Assembly (NCBI GenBank): GCA_913044205.1
Contig: CAJWNC010000010.1
Span: 1,768 to 65,767 of the forward strand
DNA: 64,000 nucleotides
Direction: 5' to 3'
Source: an uncultured Salinicola sp.
GTDB taxonomy: Bacteria > Pseudomonadota > Gammaproteobacteria > Pseudomonadales > Halomonadaceae
Shown here: positions 57,587 to 64,000 of the stretch, one piece after another
How the letters are laid out: each line of letters opens with the position of its first letter
Position numbering within the stretch: position 1 is the stretch's first letter
The notes under the pieces: model-generated
Databases searched by the model: none
Told to the model about the DNA's origin: nothing
Seen by the model: only the letters and a program-made list of their open reading frames with translations
Translations under genes and position numbers: made by a program

Positions 57587-59386
57587 ATGGCAGACTATCG
57601 CGCGCCGCTCGTGGACATGCGGTTCGTCCGTGAAGAGGTGTTTCAGGCCGAGCAGGAGTGGCAGGCCATGCCGGCGACCGCCGATTTCAACGCCGAGCTG
57701 GCCGATGCCGTCCTCGAGGAAGCCGCTCGCCTGGCCGAAGCGGAGCTGTTTCCGCTCAATCAGCGTGGAGACGCCGAGGGGTGCGTGATATTGGACGGCG
57801 CGGTGGCCACGCCGGGCGGGTTTCGCCAAGCCTTTCAGGAGATGGCGCGGGGCGGGTGGTGCGGCCTCGGCGGCAACCCTGCCTACGGTGGGCAGGGCCT
57901 GCCGAAACTGTTGACCCAGGCCTTCGACGAACTGCTCTACGCCAGCAACACCGGCTTCGCCCTCTATCTGACACTCAACAACGGTGCCGGGCTGCTGCTC
58001 GACGCTTACGCCGACGACGCGGTCAAGGCCCGCTATCTGCCGCGGCTCTACGCCGGCGACTGGTTGGGCACCATGTGTCTGACCGAACCGCACTGCGGCA
58101 CCGATCTTGGGCTGATCAGGACTCGGGCGGTGCCCATCGATGGCGGCCGCTACGCGGTCACCGGCAGCAAGATCTGGATCACCGGCGGGGAGCATGACCT
58201 GACCGAGAACATCGTCCACCTGGTGCTGGCCAAGCTGCCGGATGCGCCCCCGGGCGCCAAGGGGATCTCGCTGTTCCTGGTACCGAAACGCCGGGTGCTG
58301 GACGACGGTTCGCTGGGGGAGGCGAACGGGGTGGTCTGTGGCGGGCTCGAGCACAAGATGGGTATCAACGGCAGCGCCACCTGCGTGATGCATTTCGAGG
58401 GCGCAGAGGGGATCCTGATTGGCGCGCCCCATCAGGGCCTGGCGACGATGTTCACGATGATGAACTACGAGCGGCTCTCGATCGGCATCCAGGGGCTCGG
58501 ATTGGGCGACGTCGCCTATCAGAGCGCCATCGCCTTTGCCCATGAGCGTCGCCAGAGCCGTGCACCGGGTGCTGCTGCCGAGCCCGATCAGGCCGCCGAT
58601 CCGATTCTGGTCCATCCGGACGTGCGGCGCATGGCGCTCAACGCTCGTGCCTGGAACGAAGGCGGTCGACTGTTTGCCGCCTTCGTTGCCCGTGAACTCG
58701 ATCGCGCCAAATATCATCCCGATGACCAGGTGCGCGAGGAGGCCGGGGAGCTGGTCGCGCTGCTCACCCCGGTGGCCAAGGCGTTTCTGACCGACCGCGG
58801 CTTCGAGACCACGGTGGAGGCCCAGCAGCTCTACGGTGGCAGCGGCTATTGTGTCGAATGGGGCGCCGAGCAGTTCGTGCGCGATGCGCGAATCGCGATG
58901 ATCTACGAGGGCACCAACGGCATTCAGGCCATGGATCTGATCGGCCGCAAGCTGACGCGCAACCGGGGAGCTTACGTCGAGCGCCTTGCCGGGCGGATCA
59001 GGGCGGATCTCGACGGTGACGCTATCGGGTCCCCCGAATTGCGGCCGTTCCGGGAGGCGCTCGAAACCGAGCTGAGCCGGCTCGAGCGAGTCAGCGACGC
59101 CGTGATCGAGGCGGCCGGAGCGGATGCGGCAGCGGCGGGCGCGGCAGCCCATGATTACCTGCATCTGGTGGGCTATGCGGTTTACACCTGGATGTGGTGG
59201 AAGGCGGCTCGCGCAGCGCAGCGAGGCCTGGCCCACCAGGGTCCATCCGGGGCCGATTTCTATCGCGCGAAGTTGATCGTGGGGCAGCACTTCCTGAGCC
59301 GTCAGTTACCGCAGGCCGAAGCGCTGGAGCGCCAGATCGCGGCGGGACCGTCAGGGCTGATGGCGCTCGAGGCGTCGTATTTCTGA
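57587..59386 (+). CDS. Long acyl-CoA dehydrogenase with extra C-terminal domain (FadE/DmdC-like)
   Basis: 599 aa; ACAD N, middle and C-terminal domains (CLTEPHCGTDLG, YGGSGY) plus a C-terminal extension. Confidence 0.85.
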   Translation: MADYRAPLVDMRFVREEVFQAEQEWQAMPATADFNAELADAVLEEAARLAEAELFPLNQRGDAEGCVILDGAVATPGGFRQAFQEMARGGWCGLGGNPAYGGQGLPKLLTQAFDELLYASNTGFALYLTLNNGAGLLLDAYADDAVKARYLPRLYAGDWLGTMCLTEPHCGTDLGLIRTRAVPIDGGRYAVTGSKIWITGGEHDLTENIVHLVLAKLPDAPPGAKGISLFLVPKRRVLDDGSLGEANGVVCGGLEHKMGINGSATCVMHFEGAEGILIGAPHQGLATMFTMMNYERLSIGIQGLGLGDVAYQSAIAFAHERRQSRAPGAAAEPDQAADPILVHPDVRRMALNARAWNEGGRLFAAFVARELDRAKYHPDDQVREEAGELVALLTPVAKAFLTDRGFETTVEAQQLYGGSGYCVEWGAEQFVRDARIAMIYEGTNGIQAMDLIGRKLTRNRGAYVERLAGRIRADLDGDAIGSPELRPFREALETELSRLERVSDAVIEAAGADAAAAGAAAHDYLHLVGYAVYTWMWWKAARAAQRGLAHQGPSGADFYRAKLIVGQHFLSRQLPQAEALERQIAAGPSGLMALEASYF

Positions 59387-59632
59387 GGCCTCGGAGGCGG
59401 TCTCGGCGGATCGCCTCAAACATCCGTGCACCTCCATGGCGCATTCGCATTCCGTGACGGCGTTTTCGTACCCATTGCGGTGCAGAGGTCGGCCGGCGGG
59501 ACCCCCGGTTGCACCAGCAAAGCGAGGAGGCGTGCGATAGACGCTTCCTGCGTGCACCAATAACGGCCATTTTGTCGAATTTTGGCTGTCTTTCCCGGTT
59601 TTTGTATACAAGATTCTCGCGATCAGTCATCA

Positions 59633-59648
59633 AGGCACGAAAAATGCA
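59633..59648 (+). promoter_or_regulatory. Candidate sigma-54 promoter for urtA
   Basis: AGGCACG-AAAA-ATGCA: GG at 59634-35 and GC at 59646-47 have the canonical 10-nt separation; 85 nt upstream of the urtA ATG; TGCACC/GGTGCA half-sites upstream. Confidence 0.45.
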
Positions 59649-59732
59649 TCGGGTTGTCCAGTCGAGATCCACGCCCGTGGCCGGGTCTGGATCATCAGGC
59701 CGATCACCAAGGGTCATGACCAGGAGAATCCG

Positions 59733-61052
59733 ATGACAACAACCTCCCTTCGCAAGTGGATTGCCGGTTCCAGCATCGTGCTGGGGCTGGCCGGTTTCGG
59801 TAGTACCGCCCTCGCCCAGGAAGCGGCGCAGGACCAGGGCCCGATCCGGGTCGGAATCCTGCACTCGCTCTCCGGCACCATGGCGATCAGCGAGTCGACG
59901 CTGAAAGACGAGATGCTGATGCTGATCGACAAGCAGAACGAGGCCGGCGGCCTGCTCGGTCGCCAACTGGAGCCGGTGGTGATGGATCCGGCCTCGGACT
60001 GGTCGCTCTACGCCGAACAGGCCCGTGACATGCTGACCGGCGACGACCGTGTCGACGTCATCTTCGGCAACTGGACGTCGGCCTCGCGCAAGGCGGTGCT
60101 GCCGGTGGTCGAAGAGCTCGATGGGCTGCTGTTCTACCCGGTGCAGTATGAAGGCGAGGAGTCCTCCGAGAACATCTTCTACACCGGCGCAGCCCCCAAC
60201 CAGCAGGCGATTCCGGCGGTCGACTACCTGATGAGCCAGGGCGTGGAACGCTGGGCGCTGCTGGGCACCGACTACGTCTATCCGCGCACTACCAACAAGA
60301 TTCTGGAGGCCTATCTCAAGGCGAATGGCGTTGCCGACGACGACATCATGGTCAACTACACGCCGTTCGGTTTCAGCGACTGGCAGTCGATCGTCTCCCA
60401 GGTCAAGGATTTCGGCAGCCAGGGGCGGAAGACGGCGGTGGTCTCGACCATCAACGGCGACGCCAACGTGCCGTTCTACAACGAGCTAGCCAACCAGGGC
60501 ATCTCGGCGGGCGATATCCCCGTGGTGGCGTTCTCGGTGGGCGAGCAGGAGCTGACCGGGATCGATACCGCGCCGCTGGTCGGCCACATGGCGGCCTGGA
60601 ACTACTTCATGAGCGTCGACAGCGATGCCAACTACGACTTCATCGACGACTGGGTCGCCTACACCGGCAATGACGAGGCGGTGACCAACGATCCGATGGA
60701 GGCGCACTACATCGGCTTCAACATGTGGACCCAGGCGGTCGAGAAGGCCGGGACCACCGATGTCGACGCGGTCAAGGATTCGATCATCGGCGTGACCGTA
60801 CCCAATCTGTCCGGTGGCGCTTCCACCATGATGCCCAACCACCACATCACCAAGCCGGTGATGATCGGCGAGATCCAGGACGACGGGCAGTTCAGCGTGG
60901 TCTGGCAGACGCCGACGACCGTCGCCGGTGACGCCTGGTCGGATTACCTGCCGGAGTCGAAGAATCTGATCAGCGACTGGAGAGCCCCGCTGCGCTGCGG
61001 CAAGCTCGACGTTGAGTCGATGACCTGCGAAGACGGCCCGGGCGCCGACTGA
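59733..61052 (+). CDS. urtA: Urea ABC transporter substrate-binding protein
   Basis: Signal peptide, then GPIRVGILHSLSGTMAISE...FYPVQYEGEE typical of UrtA. Confidence 0.9.
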   Translation: MTTTSLRKWIAGSSIVLGLAGFGSTALAQEAAQDQGPIRVGILHSLSGTMAISESTLKDEMLMLIDKQNEAGGLLGRQLEPVVMDPASDWSLYAEQARDMLTGDDRVDVIFGNWTSASRKAVLPVVEELDGLLFYPVQYEGEESSENIFYTGAAPNQQAIPAVDYLMSQGVERWALLGTDYVYPRTTNKILEAYLKANGVADDDIMVNYTPFGFSDWQSIVSQVKDFGSQGRKTAVVSTINGDANVPFYNELANQGISAGDIPVVAFSVGEQELTGIDTAPLVGHMAAWNYFMSVDSDANYDFIDDWVAYTGNDEAVTNDPMEAHYIGFNMWTQAVEKAGTTDVDAVKDSIIGVTVPNLSGGASTMMPNHHITKPVMIGEIQDDGQFSVVWQTPTTVAGDAWSDYLPESKNLISDWRAPLRCGKLDVESMTCEDGPGAD

Positions 61053-61137
61053 GCCGGTTCTGCCGACACCGATGCCCGCCCGGGGCGTCGGTGTCGCTGT
61101 TTGGAGCTGATGGCAGACCGTGTTCGAGGGCGACATC

Positions 61138-62817
61138 ATGAGCTTTACCACAGGATGGAAAGGCCCGGCGCCGAGGCGCAGGCTCACGATTCCCATGCTG
61201 CTGTGCCTGTTGATGGCCTGCGGTCTGGGTATCGGTTCAGAGGCTTCGGCCGCCTCCGGCGAATCGCAGGTGCAAGCGTCGAAGGGCGAGCCCCAGGCGC
61301 AGGCGAAAGGAGAGCCACGGGCGCTGCTGGGGGCGCTCGATACCGGCAGTTTTCAGGCCAAGGGCGACGCCGCCCAGGCGATCGCCGAGAGTGGCGCCGA
61401 GCAGAAGACGCGCTGGTTGCAGGCGCTGCTCGACGGCCGCCTGGGCAAGGAGCGTCGTGGCGATCGTTTCTATATCGTCACCGACGACAGTGGCCGCGAA
61501 TGGCCGATCATCGATGCCATCACCTTCGAGGATGCCGGTACCGGCACCCGGCGCACCGTGGACATCTTCAAGATCAACAACGAGCTGCGCACGCGGATCG
61601 AGGGGCTGCTCGCTTCATTGTCGCTGAGCGCTGGCAATGAAGCCTCTCGGCTGTCGGCAGCGCAGCGCCTGGTCGGCGAAGTCACGGCCGACAACGCCGA
61701 TCGCGTGCGCGGGATGCGCGACGACGAAGAGAGCGATGCCGTCCGCGGCCAGCTCGATGTGGCGCTGGCGCTCTACGATCTCCAGCAAGGCGATGCCGAG
61801 GCGCTGGACGCGCTGCGGGGCAACCTCGACACCCGCGTGCGCAACGCGTTGACCCCGATCGCCGCCGGTGATTCCGCGCTCGCCGCCGAGGCGCAGTCGG
61901 TACTCGACGGCATCGAGAGCAAGCGCGCCTGGTACGATCGCGTACAGACCCTGTTCTTCGGCCTGAGCGCCGGTTCGATTCTGGTGCTCGCCGCCATCGG
62001 CCTGGCCATCACCTTCGGCGTGATGGGCGTGATCAACATGGCCCATGGCGAGCTGATCATGATCGGCGCCTACACCACCTGGCTGATCCAGCAGGCGCTC
62101 CCCGGTCAGCCGGGCCTGGCGCTGGCCTTGGCGATTCCCGGCGGATTCCTGGTCGCCGGCGGGTTCGGCGTCGTCATCGAGCGCACCGTGATCCGCTTCC
62201 TCAAGGGGCGCCCGCTGGAGACGCTGCTGGCCACGTTCGGCCTCAGCCTCGTGCTGCAGCAACTGGTGCGCACGGTGTTCTCGCCGCTCAACCGTCGGGT
62301 GACCTCGCCGGAGTGGCTGCAGGGGGCGTGGCAGATCAACGAGGCGCTGTCGCTGACCCTCAACCGTCTTGGCGTGCTGCTGTTCTGCCTGGCGGTCTTC
62401 GCCGCGCTCTGGGCGCTGATGCGCTACACCCGGCTGGGACTGGAAGTGCGCGCGGTGACCCAGAACCGGGCGATGGCGCGCGCCATGGGCGTGCGCGCCA
62501 CCCGGGTCGACATGCTCACGTTCGGCCTCGGTGCGGGCGTGGCCGGTCTCGCCGGCGTCGCCCTGTCGCAGTTGACCAACGTCGGGCCCAATCTGGGGCA
62601 GGGCTACATCGTCGACTCCTTTCTGGTCGTGGTCTTCGGTGGCGTGGGCAATCTATGGGGAACGCTGGTGGCCGGCATGTCGCTCGGTGTCATCAATCAG
62701 GTGCTGCAGCCGTGGGTCGGTGCCGTGCTGGCCAAGATCATCGTGCTGGTCGGCGTGATCCTGTTCATCCAGAAGCGCCCGCAGGGCATCTTCGCACCCA
62801 AGGGGCGGACCTCATGA
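61138..62817 (+). CDS. urtB: Urea ABC transporter permease UrtB with long N-terminal periplasmic extension
   Basis: C-terminal 300 aa are a LivH-type permease (INMAHGELIMIGAY); N-terminal about 250 aa form a soluble extension after a signal/anchor; the alternative GTG start is at 61120. Confidence 0.85.
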   Translation: MSFTTGWKGPAPRRRLTIPMLLCLLMACGLGIGSEASAASGESQVQASKGEPQAQAKGEPRALLGALDTGSFQAKGDAAQAIAESGAEQKTRWLQALLDGRLGKERRGDRFYIVTDDSGREWPIIDAITFEDAGTGTRRTVDIFKINNELRTRIEGLLASLSLSAGNEASRLSAAQRLVGEVTADNADRVRGMRDDEESDAVRGQLDVALALYDLQQGDAEALDALRGNLDTRVRNALTPIAAGDSALAAEAQSVLDGIESKRAWYDRVQTLFFGLSAGSILVLAAIGLAITFGVMGVINMAHGELIMIGAYTTWLIQQALPGQPGLALALAIPGGFLVAGGFGVVIERTVIRFLKGRPLETLLATFGLSLVLQQLVRTVFSPLNRRVTSPEWLQGAWQINEALSLTLNRLGVLLFCLAVFAALWALMRYTRLGLEVRAVTQNRAMARAMGVRATRVDMLTFGLGAGVAGLAGVALSQLTNVGPNLGQGYIVDSFLVVVFGGVGNLWGTLVAGMSLGVINQVLQPWVGAVLAKIIVLVGVILFIQKRPQGIFAPKGRTS

Positions 62818-63905
62818 CGATCCAGGCTGTACCGCAGGAACGCGATCGATCCCGGCAGGCGTTCCTGTCCCGCTCGACGCTGGTGACCACTTTCGCGCTG
62901 ATCGTCGGCATGCTGGCGGTGCTGATCCTCAACGCGCTGCCGGCGTCGAGCGCGCTGCACGTCAGCGGGGCGACCGTCGCGCTGCTGGGCAAGTACTTCA
63001 CCTACATGCTGCTGGCCCTGGCGGTGGATCTGATCTGGGGCTATCTCGGCATCCTGAGTCTGGGGCATGGCGCCTTCTTTGCCCTGGGCGGCTACGCCAT
63101 GGGGCTCTACCTCAACGCCCAGACCTCGCCGCTGCCCGGCTGGCAGTCGATCATGACCTACTTTCCGGTGGCGGCACTGGCGATCCTGCTGGCACCGGGA
63201 TTGCTGGCGCTGGCGTTCGGCTGGCTGGCGTTTCGTTCGCGGGTCACCGGCGTCTACTTCTCGATCATCACTCAGGCGCTGACCTTCGCGCTGATGCTGG
63301 CGTTCAACCGCAACGAGATGGGCATGGGCGGCAGCACGGGGCTGACACGCTTCTACGAACTGCTGGGCTTCTCGCTGGCGAGCGAAAACATGACCGTGGC
63401 GCTGTTCGTGGCTTCCGGCATGGCGGTGCTGCTGGCGTTCTGGCTGTGCCGAGCGATCACCGTCTCGCGTCTCGGCCGGGTCAGCGTGGCGACCCGCGAT
63501 GCCGAGGCGCGGGTGCGCTTCATCGGCTACCGGGTCGATCACGTCAAACTCGCACTGTTCGTCGTCTCGGCGATGATCGCCGGCGTCGCCGGGGCGCTCT
63601 ACGTGCCGCAGGTGGGCATCATCAATCCCAGCACCTTCGCGCCGCTGTTCTCCATCGAAGTGGTGGTGTGGGTGGCGCTGGGCGGGCGCGCCACGCTCTA
63701 CGGTGCCTTGCTGGGCGCGCTGGTGGTCAACTATCTGAAAACGGTGCTGACGGGGGCGATGCCGGATGCCTGGCTGTTCATTCTCGGCGGCCTGTTCGTG
63801 CTGGTGACGATGTTGCTGCCGCGTGGCATCGCCGGGGTGATCTCGGCGTGGCGGGGCACGCGGTTCGGTCGCAGGACGGGAGAGCGTAAGGAGGTGAGTG
63901 CATGA
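62814..63905 (+). CDS. urtC: Urea ABC transporter permease UrtC
   Basis: LivM-type permease (GILSLGHGAFFALGGY); ATGA overlap with the urtB stop at 62814-62817. Confidence 0.88.
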   Translation: MTIQAVPQERDRSRQAFLSRSTLVTTFALIVGMLAVLILNALPASSALHVSGATVALLGKYFTYMLLALAVDLIWGYLGILSLGHGAFFALGGYAMGLYLNAQTSPLPGWQSIMTYFPVAALAILLAPGLLALAFGWLAFRSRVTGVYFSIITQALTFALMLAFNRNEMGMGGSTGLTRFYELLGFSLASENMTVALFVASGMAVLLAFWLCRAITVSRLGRVSVATRDAEARVRFIGYRVDHVKLALFVVSAMIAGVAGALYVPQVGIINPSTFAPLFSIEVVVWVALGGRATLYGALLGALVVNYLKTVLTGAMPDAWLFILGGLFVLVTMLLPRGIAGVISAWRGTRFGRRTGERKEVSA

Positions 63906-64000
63906 GCAGGACGGATGGCTCCCGTTTCGGCAAGCTGCGAGAGATCGCGCGGCCGGACCGCGTGTTCGATTTCATGGTGCCGGCCCAGTCGCCGGTGGAT
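63902..64000 (+). CDS. urtD: Urea ABC transporter ATP-binding protein UrtD (5-prime fragment, runs off the window)
   Basis: ATGA overlap with the urtC stop; assigned by gene order. Only 33 codons are visible and no Walker motif has appeared yet. Confidence 0.55.
   Translation, partial: MSRTDGSRFGKLREIARPDRVFDFMVPAQSPVD

Overview
GC-rich (by eye, not computed) gammaproteobacterial chromosome. The uvrY-uvrC-pgsA-tRNA(Gly-Cys-Leu) synteny and the protein sequences suggest a Halomonas/Pseudomonas-like organism, which is an inference. Most of the window is core genome. Left to right: a PotABCD-type ABC importer with an Oox/Hcn-like multi-subunit amine oxidase and RidA; an EamA / amidoligase / GATase-like peptidase operon; recCBD with a creatininase-family gene translationally coupled to recD; an orphan biosynthetic cluster (about 22.2-30.0 kb); YceI, an AstE-family protein and dusA; a decayed 2.5-kb islet between dusA and tRNA-Leu holding an integrase stub, an arylamine N-acetyltransferase and a small secreted protein; tRNA Gly/Cys/Leu, pgsA, uvrC, uvrY; tRNA-Ala; trpGDC behind a Trp-Trp-Trp leader/attenuator; a Na+/H+ antiporter, trxC, a LysE exporter, a YdiJ-like giant oxidoreductase, serS, a CysG-like methyltransferase, a cNMP/CBS/DUF294 nucleotidyltransferase plus DEDD exonuclease pair, a BCCT transporter, a long acyl-CoA dehydrogenase and urtABC(D). 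The best candidate for an undescribed system is the orphan cluster. It combines GTP cyclohydrolase II, a RibD-C reductase, a PTPS-fold protein lacking the canonical Cys/His motif, a dehydrogenase, a glycosyltransferase, a methyltransferase, a flippase-like membrane protein and a CDP-alcohol phosphatidyltransferase. The second candidate is the amidoligase/GATase-peptidase/exporter operon. All functional calls rest on my reading of the translated ORFs and motifs; no database search was run. Many long ORFs antisense to real genes are GC-driven shadows and were rejected.
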